Positions 9,475 to 18,294 of a DNA stretch of 64,000 nucleotides are shown in pieces. The stretch spans positions 5,985,356 to 6,049,355 of the forward strand of contig NZ_CP079946.1 in assembly GCF_019968905.1 (NCBI RefSeq). The letters are read 5' to 3'. This DNA comes from Corallococcus sp. EGB (GTDB lineage: Bacteria; Myxococcota; Myxococcia; Myxococcales; Myxococcaceae). The number at the start of each line of letters is the position of its first letter. The first letter of the stretch is position 1. The notes below the pieces were generated by a model that saw only the letters and a program-made list of their open reading frames with translations, did no database searches and was not told where the DNA came from. A program made the position numbers and the translations under genes.

Positions 9475-10812
9475 ATGCCTCCCGCCGGCTACGCCTACGA
9501 AGACAATCCCTTCAAGCTGGAGAACCCGTCCATCCTCGACATCGCTCCGGGGGAGCCGAAGTCGCTGGAGGACACGGGACTGAGGATGGGTCTGTTGTCG
9601 GACCTGGGCCTCAAGTTCCTCTACTACGCCGGCACCGGCACGGGCGTGGCCATCGCGGAGAGCATGTGCCTGCCCTGGTCCGGCGTGGTGGAGCACGTGG
9701 TGGACTTCCTCGCCGCGGAGAAGCTCGTGGACCTGCGCGGCGGCAAGGGCTTTGGCCGCGCGTCCGTGGAGTTCGCCCTCACGGAGAAGGGCCGCGAGTA
9801 CGCCCGCGACGCCCTCACCCGCTCCACCTACGTGGGCCCCGCCCCCGTCCCCATCGAGCAGTACAACGCCCTCATCAGCAGCCAGACGGAGGAGACGCCC
9901 GTCGTGGGCCAGGAGGACCTGGTCGCCGCCCTGAGCCACCTCACCGTCTCCGCGGAGCTGATGGACAAGCTGGGCCCGGCCGTGAACTCCGGCCGCTCCC
10001 TCTTCCTCTATGGCCCGCCGGGCAACGGCAAGACGAGCCTGGCGGAGGCCATCTCCAACATGTTCGGCGGCGAGGTCTTCGTCCCGCACTGCCTGGAGAT
10101 CGACAACCAGATCATCAAGGTCTTCGACCGCATCATCCACACGCCCGTGTCGCTGGAGATGGACCGCGACGCCAGCGGCCGCCGGCAGACCTTCGAGATG
10201 GACAAGCGCTGGGCGCTCTGCCGGCGCCCCGCGGTGGTGGTGGGCGGCGAGCTGACGCTGGAGACGCTGGACCTCATCTACTCGGAGAGCACCCGCTTCT
10301 ACGAGGCGCCGTTCCAGGTGAAGGCCAACGGCGGCATGCTCCTCATCGACGACTTCGGCCGCCAGAAGGTCCACCCCACGGACCTGCTCAACCGGTGGAT
10401 CGTCCCCCTGGAGAAGCGGGTGGACTTCCTCACCCTGCACACCGGCAAGAAGTTCGAGATTCCCTTTGATCAGCTCCTCGTCTTCTCCACCAACCTGGAC
10501 CCCAAGGAGCTGGTGGACGAGGCGTTCCTGCGCCGCATCAAGTACAAGATAGAGGTCGGCAACCCGGACGAGGAGTCCTACCGGGAGATCTTCCGCCGGG
10601 TGTGTGAGGCGGCGGGCATCCCCTACGTGGACCAGGCCATCACCTACCTGGTGGAGCACTACTACAAGCCGCGCAGCATGGAGATGCGCTCCTGTCACCC
10701 GCGCGACCTGGTTTCACTCATCCGGGACGCGGCCCGATACCGGCAAATCCCGCCAGCCCTTTCAAAAGACCTCCTCGATCAGGCCTGTGAGGTGTTCCTG
10801 GTGAATCTGTAG
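9475..10812 (+). CDS. AAA+ ATPase with an N-terminal winged-helix-like domain; the Walker motifs resemble the DnaC/IstB clade.
   Basis: Walker A GPPGNGKTSLAEAI, Walker B MLLIDDFGRQKV, and sensor/Arg-finger region VFSTNLDPKELVDEAFLRR. Confidence 0.75.
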   Translation: MPPAGYAYEDNPFKLENPSILDIAPGEPKSLEDTGLRMGLLSDLGLKFLYYAGTGTGVAIAESMCLPWSGVVEHVVDFLAAEKLVDLRGGKGFGRASVEFALTEKGREYARDALTRSTYVGPAPVPIEQYNALISSQTEETPVVGQEDLVAALSHLTVSAELMDKLGPAVNSGRSLFLYGPPGNGKTSLAEAISNMFGGEVFVPHCLEIDNQIIKVFDRIIHTPVSLEMDRDASGRRQTFEMDKRWALCRRPAVVVGGELTLETLDLIYSESTRFYEAPFQVKANGGMLLIDDFGRQKVHPTDLLNRWIVPLEKRVDFLTLHTGKKFEIPFDQLLVFSTNLDPKELVDEAFLRRIKYKIEVGNPDEESYREIFRRVCEAAGIPYVDQAITYLVEHYYKPRSMEMRSCHPRDLVSLIRDAARYRQIPPALSKDLLDQACEVFLVNL

Positions 10813-10823
10813 TCGGGTTTTAT

Positions 10824-11771
10824 TTGTTCCAACCGCGCGGAATTTCTAGAATCCACGTGCCGTTGTACCCCCCGGCGCAGTCTCCGGGATCAGCGCCCGG
10901 GGCGGGCCGGGGCGACAAGGAGCCGCAGTCCGTGAAGGAACGCTACCAGGACATCGACGAGAAGAACGAGCAGCTGCGCGAGTACCTCGAGATCTACAAG
11001 GACAAGCAGCCCGCGCGTGAGTTCCTCGACCGTTTCGAGATGTCGTGGATCTACCACGACGCCGCGCTCGAAGGCGTCGTGTACACGCACCAGGAGCTGA
11101 TGGCGGCGCTCTTCCCCGAGCGCACGGCGGCGGAAGCCTCCATGATCCCGGTGGTGCTGGAGATCCGCAACCACAAGGCGGTGGCGGACTTCATCCGCGA
11201 GGAGGCCGCGGGCGCGAAGAAGCAGTCCGCGCTCACGCTCACCACCATCAAGCGGATGCACGACCTCTTCCTGGGCAACACGCCGGAGGCCCTGGCGGAG
11301 CGCGCCCGCATGGAGCGCCGGGAGCGCACGGAGAAGGAGCTGGCCAAGGAGCGCGACCGCGCGGGGCTGCGCAAGGACATGCCCCTGCACCGCACCTACT
11401 TCCACGACATCACCCAGCCGGCGAAGATCCAGGCCCGGCTGGAGAAGCTCGTGGACCACACGGCCAGCGCGGAGTTCCGCGAGTTCCACCCCATCAAGCA
11501 GGCGGCGGTGGTGCAGCACGAGTTCCTGCAGATCTTCCCCTTCACCGAGCACAGCGGGAAGGTGGGGCGCATGTGCAGCAACCTCATCCTGCTGCGCAAC
11601 GGCTACATGCCCGCGGTCATCCACTCCATCGACCGGCAGCGCTACTACGAGTCCTTCCGCGCGCCCGTGGCCACGTTCCGCACGGTGCTGATGGACGCGA
11701 TGGAGAACTCGCTGGACAACGGCGTGAAGTACTTCCGCGACCTCGGCCGCAAGTACAAGACCGTCGAGTAG
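10824..11771 (+). CDS. Fic/Fido-fold protein with a degenerate, probably catalytically inactive core motif.
   Basis: The Fic fold signature HPIKQAAVVQHEFLQIFPFTEHSGKVGRMCSNLILLRNGYMPAVI is present, but the motif is FPFTEHSGKVGR instead of HPFx[DE]GNGRxxR, so the catalytic His is replaced by Phe. Confidence 0.55.
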   Translation: MFQPRGISRIHVPLYPPAQSPGSAPGAGRGDKEPQSVKERYQDIDEKNEQLREYLEIYKDKQPAREFLDRFEMSWIYHDAALEGVVYTHQELMAALFPERTAAEASMIPVVLEIRNHKAVADFIREEAAGAKKQSALTLTTIKRMHDLFLGNTPEALAERARMERRERTEKELAKERDRAGLRKDMPLHRTYFHDITQPAKIQARLEKLVDHTASAEFREFHPIKQAAVVQHEFLQIFPFTEHSGKVGRMCSNLILLRNGYMPAVIHSIDRQRYYESFRAPVATFRTVLMDAMENSLDNGVKYFRDLGRKYKTVE

Positions 11772-11799
11772 CCGCGGAGAGAGCGACGAAGTCGAAGCC

Positions 11800-12633
11800 G
11801 TGCGCATCGGGGCTCACGAATCCATTGCCGGGGGCGTGAGCCAGGCCTTCCAGCGCGCCGAAGCGCACGGTGCGCGCGCCCTGCAGATCTTCACGAAGAA
11901 CGCGCGGGGCTGGAGCGCCCCCGCGCTGACGGACGAAGAGGCCCGGGCCTTCCGCGCGGAGGCCCGCCGCACCGGCCTCCCCGTCATCGCCCACGGCAGC
12001 TACCTGGTGAACCTGGCCGGTGAGGCGCCGGAGGCCCGCGAGAGGTCGCTCGCGTGCGTCACCGAGGAGCTCACCCGCTGCGAGCGCCTGGGCATCCCGA
12101 TGCTCATCCTCCACCCGGGTTCCCACGCGGACGAAGCGCGCGGCCTGCGCCTCATCGCCGAAGGGCTGGATGAAGTGCACCGCCGCTGCCCCGGCATGAA
12201 GGCCCGCCTCTGCCTGGAGGTGACGGCGGGCCAGGGCAACGCGCTGGGCTGGCGCTTCGAGCACCTGGAGGAGCTGCTCTGCCGCGTCGAGGACGAAGCG
12301 CGGCTGGCGGTGTGCCTGGACACGTGCCACCTGTTCGCGGCGGGCTACGACCTGCGGACCCCCAGGGGCTACGCGGCCGTGATGGACGAGTGCGACCGGC
12401 GGGTGGGGCTCCACCGGGTGCGCGCCTTTCATCTCAATGATTGCAAGAAAGACCTGGGTTGCCGGGTGGACCGGCATGAGGAACCAGGCAAGGGAACAAT
12501 CGGACTGACGGCCTTCCGCTGCCTGATGAAGGACGCGAGGTTCGTCGACACCATTGGGGTGCTGGAAACACCCTTTCCGGAACGTTATGGGGAGAACATC
12601 CGACTTCTCGAATCCCTGTGCCGGAGGAAGTAA
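11800..12633 (+). CDS. nfo: Endonuclease IV (AP endonuclease family 2).
   Basis: MRIGAHESIAGGVSQAFQRAEAHGARALQIFTKNARGW...HGSYLVNLAG...LILHPGSH. Confidence 0.9.
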   Translation: MRIGAHESIAGGVSQAFQRAEAHGARALQIFTKNARGWSAPALTDEEARAFRAEARRTGLPVIAHGSYLVNLAGEAPEARERSLACVTEELTRCERLGIPMLILHPGSHADEARGLRLIAEGLDEVHRRCPGMKARLCLEVTAGQGNALGWRFEHLEELLCRVEDEARLAVCLDTCHLFAAGYDLRTPRGYAAVMDECDRRVGLHRVRAFHLNDCKKDLGCRVDRHEEPGKGTIGLTAFRCLMKDARFVDTIGVLETPFPERYGENIRLLESLCRRK

Positions 12634-12646
12634 AAGAAGAGCCCCC

Positions 12647-13768
12647 ATGCCTGTCACCCCCTCCCTCCAAAGCCGCCGCACCCAGCCTCCTGCGGGGAGC
12701 GAGCTCACGGAGCCTCCGCCAGCGCGGTTGGCGAAGATGCCAGCCTCCGACAAGCTGGGCCGTCTGCTCCAGGTGGCCAAGGGCCACCGCCGGGCGCTCA
12801 TCCTGACGCACGACAACCCGGACCCCGACTCGATGGCGGCGGCGGTGTCGCTCGCGCACCTGCTGGAGCGCAAGGCCGGCCTCGAGGCCCACGTGGGCTA
12901 CGGCGGCATCATTGGCCGCGCGGAGAACGTCGCCTTCGTGCGCGTGCTGCGGCTGCCGGTGTCGCACGTGTCGCAGATCGACTTCAGCCAGTACGACCTC
13001 TTCGGGCTGGTGGACACGCAGCCGCCCGTGCGCAACCACTCGCTGCCGGCGCGCTACCGCGCGGACCTGGTGGTGGACCATCACCCGCTGCGCGAGGAGA
13101 GCCTGCTGGCCCCCTTCGCGGACGTGGGCGGCGACTTCGGCGCCACCTCCACCATGCTGGTGGAGTACCTGCGGGCCGCCCGCCTGGAGCCGTCCGTGGA
13201 GATCGCCACCGCGCTCTTCTACGGCATCAAGGCGGACACGCGGGACCTGGGCCGCGAGACGACCCAGACGGACGTGGACAGCTACCTCTGGCTGTTCCCC
13301 CGCTGCGACAAGCAGCTCCTGGGACAGATTGAGCACCCGGAGCTGCCCGCTCGCTTCTTCCAGCTGTTCCACACGTCCATCGAGAAGGCGAAGGTCTACG
13401 GCACCGCCATCATCACCGACCTGGAGGAGGTCTACTCCCCGGACCTGGTGGCCGAGGTCGCCGAGCGGATGATGTACCTGGAGGGGATGAAGTGGTCCCT
13501 GGCGTACGGGACGTTCCGCAACCAGCTCTTCTTGAGCCTGCGGGTGAAGGACCGGCGCATGAACGCGGGCCGCCTCATCCGCGAGCTGTGCGACGACCTG
13601 GGCGGCTCCTCCGGCGGCCACGGCAGCATGGCGGGCGCGCGGCTGCCCCTGTCCGGCAGCGCGGCCAAGCGCAAGGCGCTCAAGCGCGAGGTGGTGTCGC
13701 GCTTCCTCGAAGCCTTTGGCGTCTCCGAGGAGCGGCCGGTGTCGCTGCTGTCCGCGCAGGACACGTGA
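12647..13768 (+). CDS. nrnA: DHH/DHHA1 phosphoesterase (NrnA-like oligoribonuclease / pAp phosphatase).
   Basis: ALILTHDNPDPDSMAAAVSLAHLL, DHHP, and the DHHA1 C-terminus GGGHGSMAGARL. The start is ambiguous between 12647 and 12737. Confidence 0.75.
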   Translation: MPVTPSLQSRRTQPPAGSELTEPPPARLAKMPASDKLGRLLQVAKGHRRALILTHDNPDPDSMAAAVSLAHLLERKAGLEAHVGYGGIIGRAENVAFVRVLRLPVSHVSQIDFSQYDLFGLVDTQPPVRNHSLPARYRADLVVDHHPLREESLLAPFADVGGDFGATSTMLVEYLRAARLEPSVEIATALFYGIKADTRDLGRETTQTDVDSYLWLFPRCDKQLLGQIEHPELPARFFQLFHTSIEKAKVYGTAIITDLEEVYSPDLVAEVAERMMYLEGMKWSLAYGTFRNQLFLSLRVKDRRMNAGRLIRELCDDLGGSSGGHGSMAGARLPLSGSAAKRKALKREVVSRFLEAFGVSEERPVSLLSAQDT

Positions 13769-14907
13769 TCTACTGGGACCACAACGCCGCCGCGCCGGTG
13801 CGCGCGGAGGTGGGCGCGCTGCTCGCCCGGGCCTTCACGCAAGGAGGCTTCGGCAACGCGTCCAGCGTGCACGGCGGGGGGCGAGAGGCCCGCGCCCGGC
13901 TGGACGCGGCGCGAGCGAAGGTGGCGCGCGTCCTGGGCTGCGAGCCGAAGGAGATCACCTTCACGGCGTCAGGCAGTGAGGCGGATGCGCTCGCGCTCGT
14001 TGGCGCCTACGCGGCCCGCCCGGTGAAGGAGCGCCGCCGCGTGGTGTCCACCACGGTGGAGCATCCGTCGGCGCTCGGAGCGCTCACGCAGTTGGAGAAG
14101 GACGGCGCGCAGGTGGTGCGGCTGTCCCCTGCTTCCGACGGCCGCGTGCCGCTGGAGGCCGTCCTGGAGGCGCTCACGCCGGACACCGCGCTGTGTTCGC
14201 TGATGTGGGCCAACAACGAGACGGGCGTGCTCCAGCCGGTGGCCGAGGCCGCGCGCGCGTGCCGTCAGCGCGGCATCCTCTTCCACACGGACGCCGTGCA
14301 GGCCGCGGGCAAGGTGCCGCTCACCTTGCGCGAAGCGGACGCGGACCTCCTCTCCCTCTCCGCGCACAAGTTCGGCGGTCCCCAGGGCGTGGGCGTGCTC
14401 GTGGTGCGCAAGGGCGTGGACGTGCGGGCGCTCACCCCAGGGCACCAGGAGGGGGGCCGGCGAGGAGGCACGCAGAACGTGCCCTACGCGGAGGCCCTGG
14501 CCCTGGCCCTGGAGCTGGCCGCCGGGGACCAGGCCGCCACCGCCGCGCGGGTCGCCGCCCTGCGGGACGCCTTCGAACACCAGGTCCTCCAGCGGCTGCC
14601 CGGAGTGACGGTGAACGGGGGCTCCGCGCCTCGCGTGCCCAACACCAGCAACCTGCGCTTCGAGGGCGTGGAGGGTGAAGCACTGCTGATGGCGCTGGAC
14701 CTGGAGGACATCCGCGTCTCGTCGGGAGCGGCCTGTGCATCCGGCACGCTGTCCCCGTCCCACGTGCTGCGCGCCATGGGCCTGTCCCCGGCCGAAGCGC
14801 GTGGGAGCCTGCGCTTCAGCCTGGGCCCGTCCACCACGCACGCCGAGGTGGAACGCGTCGTGGAAGCGCTCTGCACCCACGTCCCCCTCGTGCGCGCGCT
14901 GGGCTGA
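13765..14907 (+). CDS. Cysteine desulfurase (class V aminotransferase, IscS/NifS-like).
   Basis: VIYWDHNAAAPVRAEV...GNASSVHGGG...SAHKFGGPQGVGVL. The GTG start overlaps the upstream stop as GTGA. Confidence 0.85.
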   Translation: MIYWDHNAAAPVRAEVGALLARAFTQGGFGNASSVHGGGREARARLDAARAKVARVLGCEPKEITFTASGSEADALALVGAYAARPVKERRRVVSTTVEHPSALGALTQLEKDGAQVVRLSPASDGRVPLEAVLEALTPDTALCSLMWANNETGVLQPVAEAARACRQRGILFHTDAVQAAGKVPLTLREADADLLSLSAHKFGGPQGVGVLVVRKGVDVRALTPGHQEGGRRGGTQNVPYAEALALALELAAGDQAATAARVAALRDAFEHQVLQRLPGVTVNGGSAPRVPNTSNLRFEGVEGEALLMALDLEDIRVSSGAACASGTLSPSHVLRAMGLSPAEARGSLRFSLGPSTTHAEVERVVEALCTHVPLVRALG

Positions 14908-15084
14908 TCACCACTTCTGGTCCGGCAGGTTCTTCTCGCGCACGTCCGGGTCGGGCTGTCCGTAACCCGGGAGGCCATCCTCCTTGGCCTCGTCGCGCTT
15001 GGGCGGAAGCCGCTCGTCGCCCCGGCGCGTCTCGCGGGTGGGCTCGTCCTGCTCGGGCTGCTGCTGCTTGCGCTCGGTCGCCAT
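14908..15084 (-). CDS. Small, highly charged hypothetical protein of 58 aa.
   Basis: MATERKQQQPEQDEPTRETRRGDERLPPKRDEAKEDGLPGYGQPDPDVREKNLPDQKW. A GGGAGGA ribosome-binding site lies 5 nt upstream of the ATG, GC3 is very high, and the gene sits immediately downstream of the kinase gene on the same strand. Confidence 0.4.
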   Translation of the reverse strand: MATERKQQQPEQDEPTRETRRGDERLPPKRDEAKEDGLPGYGQPDPDVREKNLPDQKW

Positions 15085-15192
15085 GGGTTCCTCCCGGTGC
15101 GTGTTCGCAGGAGGAAAGGTCATCATCCCAGGCAGGCGCCGCAGCGGGCTCCACCGTCCGGCAAGCCGCACGCCAGGGCCCTGCCCGCCCGG

Positions 15193-16185
15193 CTACCCGT
15201 TGTCTTCCGAGGAGCTGCTGGACGGCGAGCTCCGGTACACGGGCATCTCATCCGTGGTGCCGAACAGGCCACGCACCACCGCCGCGATGGCCAGCGGTGT
15301 CCCCACGCGCTCGTCGAAGTGCGGCGCCAGGGCCTTCGCGTACTCCTCCGCGGACGGGAAGCGGTCCTCGGGGTTCTCCGCGAACGCGCGCGCCAGCACA
15401 TCATCCAGGGCGTGGGGGACGTCAGGACGCACGGCGCGCAGGGGCCGGTACTTGCGCGACAGGATGCCGGCGAAGACCTCCTCCGGCGTCGTGCCCACGA
15501 AGGGCCGGCCCAGCGTGAGCAGCTCGTAGAGCACCACGCTCGCGGCCCACAGGTCCGCCTCCGGCGTGACGGCGCCCTGCAGCGACTCCGGGGACAGGTA
15601 GTACGGCTTGCCCAGCACCTCGCCGCCCTGGAGCTTGCCGTCCACCAGCACGCGAGACACGCCGAAGTCGCCCAGCTTGATCTCTCCTACGCGGGAGATG
15701 AACAGGTTGGACGGGGACACGTCGCAGTGGACGATGCCCAGCGGCTTGCCTTCAGGCCCGGTGGCCGTGTGCGCGTACGCGAGCGCCTCCAGCAACACCT
15801 TCGCCAGGTACACCGCGAAGTCGACGGGGAGCGGGATCCCGCGCGCCTTGCACCGGCGCAGGATGTGGCCCAGGTCACGCCCGTCCACCAGGTCCATCAC
15901 CAGGAAGGACACGTCGTCCAGCATCCCGGCGTCCAACACCTTCACGATGTTCGGGTGGTCCAGCTGGCGCGACAGCTGCGCCTCGCGGCGGAAGAGGTCC
16001 ACTGACGCCGGATCGCGGGTGAGCGCGGGCAACAGCCGCTTGAGCGCCACCGTCCAGCCCTCGTACGGACCGGAGCGCACGCGGGCACGGTACACCTCGG
16101 CCATGCCGCCCTTGCCCAGCAGCGATTGGATTTCGTAGTTGCCGAAGACCCGGACGGGCTTCGAGGCGGAGTTCGGCGCGTTCAC
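15193..16185 (-). CDS. Hanks-type Ser/Thr protein kinase.
   Basis: YEIQSLLGKGGMAEVYRA (Gly loop plus lysine), HCDVSPSNLF catalytic loop and DFG motif (KLGDFG). Confidence 0.85.
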   Translation of the reverse strand: MNAPNSASKPVRVFGNYEIQSLLGKGGMAEVYRARVRSGPYEGWTVALKRLLPALTRDPASVDLFRREAQLSRQLDHPNIVKVLDAGMLDDVSFLVMDLVDGRDLGHILRRCKARGIPLPVDFAVYLAKVLLEALAYAHTATGPEGKPLGIVHCDVSPSNLFISRVGEIKLGDFGVSRVLVDGKLQGGEVLGKPYYLSPESLQGAVTPEADLWAASVVLYELLTLGRPFVGTTPEEVFAGILSRKYRPLRAVRPDVPHALDDVLARAFAENPEDRFPSAEEYAKALAPHFDERVGTPLAIAAVVRGLFGTTDEMPVYRSSPSSSSSEDNG

Positions 16186-17198
16186 GGGCTGGCGCTTCCA
16201 GCTCCTTGCGACTCACGGCCCTGGACCCGCTTGCGACTGCGGGCCTGCTTCACCAGCGCCTCGTACCCCGCTCCTTCATTGGAGAACTGCTGGAGCTCGC
16301 GCTCCACCAGCAAGTTGCCTTCCGGCGCGGTCCACCCATCCGACAGCGCGCGGCGCAACGCGTCCTGCGCGAGGCGCGTCTCCTGGGCCGCCCGCTTCAC
16401 GCACGCCGTCCAGAAGTTGACCTCCCCCCGGGCCAGCCCCGCCCCGCTGCTCGCGAGGCGCGCCTGCTCCAGGTACTTGAGCGCCTCCGGCTGCTGCTTG
16501 CGCAGGTAGTGGGACACGCCCATGCCGGTCAGCGCGGAGACGTTGTTCTTCTCCTTCTCCTGGGCCAGCACCAGCTGGAACTGCTGCGACGCGGCGAAGG
16601 GGTTCGTCGCCAGGAGCGCCTGTCCCTGCTTCAACGTGGCCGCCACATCCACCGGCTCCAGCCGGCGCTGCGCCGCCACCTGCGCGGCCCCACCCGACGG
16701 CGGGGGCGGCACTGGGGCCTGGGCCTGACGCTGCTCCGACGCCTGGCGCGCTTCAGCGGCTGGCGCCGGCGCGGGCGTCAGGGATGCGCCCTGCTCCGTC
16801 GCCCGGAGCACCAGCATCCGGCTCTTGGGCAGCGCGGGAGAGTCGCACTCCGGCTCCAGCCTCACCACGCCGCCCAGCGCCCGCTCCTCCTCGTTGTAGA
16901 CGAGCATCACAGGGAAGGACACGGACGGCGTGCAGGTATCCCCCGTCTGACAGAGCGTGAGCTCGCCCAGGAAGACGTTGCCTTGGAAGGCGCCCTTCAG
17001 GATCTGCTCGGCGGCCGGGCGCTGGCAGGGCCCGCCGGCCGGCGCGGTGCCGACCAGGTGCACCCCGTCCGAGCGCAAATCGATGGGACCAAAGGCATCC
17101 GCCTGGTAGGTACTGTTCAGCTGCGGACCCGCCCAGGCGGATCCGGAGGTGAGGCAGGCTACCGCCGCGAGAGCCAATGTTGGGGTCGGACGCAACAT
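16182..17198 (-). CDS. Secreted protein with a C-terminal TPR-like region, translationally coupled upstream of the Ser/Thr kinase.
   Basis: Signal peptide MLRPTPTLALAAVACLTSGSAWA and an ATGA overlap with the kinase start. Confidence 0.55.
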   Translation of the reverse strand: MLRPTPTLALAAVACLTSGSAWAGPQLNSTYQADAFGPIDLRSDGVHLVGTAPAGGPCQRPAAEQILKGAFQGNVFLGELTLCQTGDTCTPSVSFPVMLVYNEEERALGGVVRLEPECDSPALPKSRMLVLRATEQGASLTPAPAPAAEARQASEQRQAQAPVPPPPSGGAAQVAAQRRLEPVDVAATLKQGQALLATNPFAASQQFQLVLAQEKEKNNVSALTGMGVSHYLRKQQPEALKYLEQARLASSGAGLARGEVNFWTACVKRAAQETRLAQDALRRALSDGWTAPEGNLLVERELQQFSNEGAGYEALVKQARSRKRVQGRESQGAGSASP

Positions 17199-17289
17199 GT
17201 CAGGGACTCGGGCATCATAGAAGTCCCCGGGGCGGCTTGTAAACGCGCGAGGACGGCTTGACCGCACGCTTCTCCGTCCTTATCATTTT

Positions 17290-17520
17290 CCCAGAACGAC
17301 CTGGGAATTTCCCAGTGATTCTAAGGACTTGTAGCGAGATTTGAGCAGTAAAGGTCTGTTCCCTGCGGGGTGCGTGATGCCCAGCAGAAATTCGAACCGA
17401 TACGTCCATTCCGGGGTCCGTTTCGGTCGCCATGTGCAAGCCCTCCCCCTTCACCGGGGATGAGGGAAGCCTGCGGTGACATGATTTCGGTCCCCACCTG
17501 GCTTCTAAGGGTTCAATGGA
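17290..17520 (+). ncRNA. ssrS: Candidate 6S RNA (ssrS); weak, based on context only.
   Basis: A 300-nt non-coding stretch with locally reduced GC lies immediately upstream of the 5-formyltetrahydrofolate cyclo-ligase gene (the conserved ssrS-ygfA arrangement), and a strong terminator follows the pair. Confidence 0.2.
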
Positions 17521-17568
17521 CGCTGGGCACACGGCTCGGCGGGGGACTCTTTCTTTGGAGCGGCGGCG

Positions 17569-18198
17569 GTGAGCGAGACGGCGGTGGATACGGCGGCGGC
17601 GGCGGAGAAGAAGGTAACGCTTCGTGAGGAACTGACGGCGCGCCGCAAGGCGATGACCAACGACCTCATTGATGAGCGGGGCCTGAAGGTCCAGTCTCGA
17701 TTCCTGGCGTCGCCCTACTATCAGAACGCGCGCACGGTGGCCCTCTACGCCCCCATCCGGGGCGAGGTGCCCACCCGGGACATCCTCATCGCGGCGCTGC
17801 AGGACGAAAAGATCGTCTGCTACCCGCTGTCCCACGTGCACGGGCGCATCCTGGCCTTCCGGGCCATCAAGTCGGAGAGCGAGTTGGAGCCGGGGCGCCT
17901 GGGCGTCCGCGAGCCCACGAACTCCTCGGACCTGATTCCGGTGGACCAGATCGACCTCTTCGTCGTCCCCGGGCTGGGCTTCAGCCCGGACGGCAAGCGG
18001 CTGGGGCGCGGCGGCGGCTACTACGACGCCACCCTCAAGGCGGCCAGCCCGCGCAGCCGCCGGGTGGGGCTCGCCTTCGACGATCAGATCGTCCAGGCGC
18101 TGCCCACCACGAGCGACGACGTGGACATGGACCAGGTCGTCACCCAGAGCCAGACGCTGCGCGGTCTCTGCCGCAGCTGGGATTTCCTGGACACCTGA
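17569..18198 (+). CDS. ygfA: 5-formyltetrahydrofolate cyclo-ligase.
   Basis: LREELTARRKAM...VALYAPIRGEVPT...LFVVPGLGFSPDGKRLGRGGGYYD. GTG start with a GGAG ribosome-binding site. Confidence 0.85.
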   Translation: MSETAVDTAAAAEKKVTLREELTARRKAMTNDLIDERGLKVQSRFLASPYYQNARTVALYAPIRGEVPTRDILIAALQDEKIVCYPLSHVHGRILAFRAIKSESELEPGRLGVREPTNSSDLIPVDQIDLFVVPGLGFSPDGKRLGRGGGYYDATLKAASPRSRRVGLAFDDQIVQALPTTSDDVDMDQVVTQSQTLRGLCRSWDFLDT

Positions 18199-18227
18199 GC
18201 GGCTCCCGAGCATCGGGGCGGACAACC

Positions 18228-18276
18228 ACGGGCGGGGCGGACACGGAAGTCCCGCCCTGCCCGTCGTCTTTTTTGG
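18228..18276 (+). terminator. Rho-independent terminator after the cyclo-ligase gene.
   Basis: Hairpin acgggcggggcggacacggaagtcccgccctgcccgt followed by cgtcttttttgg. Confidence 0.5.
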
Positions 18277-18294
18277 GCTAGTGTCCGCGGCGCC

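Noticed and set aside
8671-10698. A 675-aa minus-strand ORF spanning ilvE and the AAA ATPase
   Set aside because: It has an Arg/His/Val/Gly-rich junk translation and overlaps two plus-strand genes whose motifs are clear.
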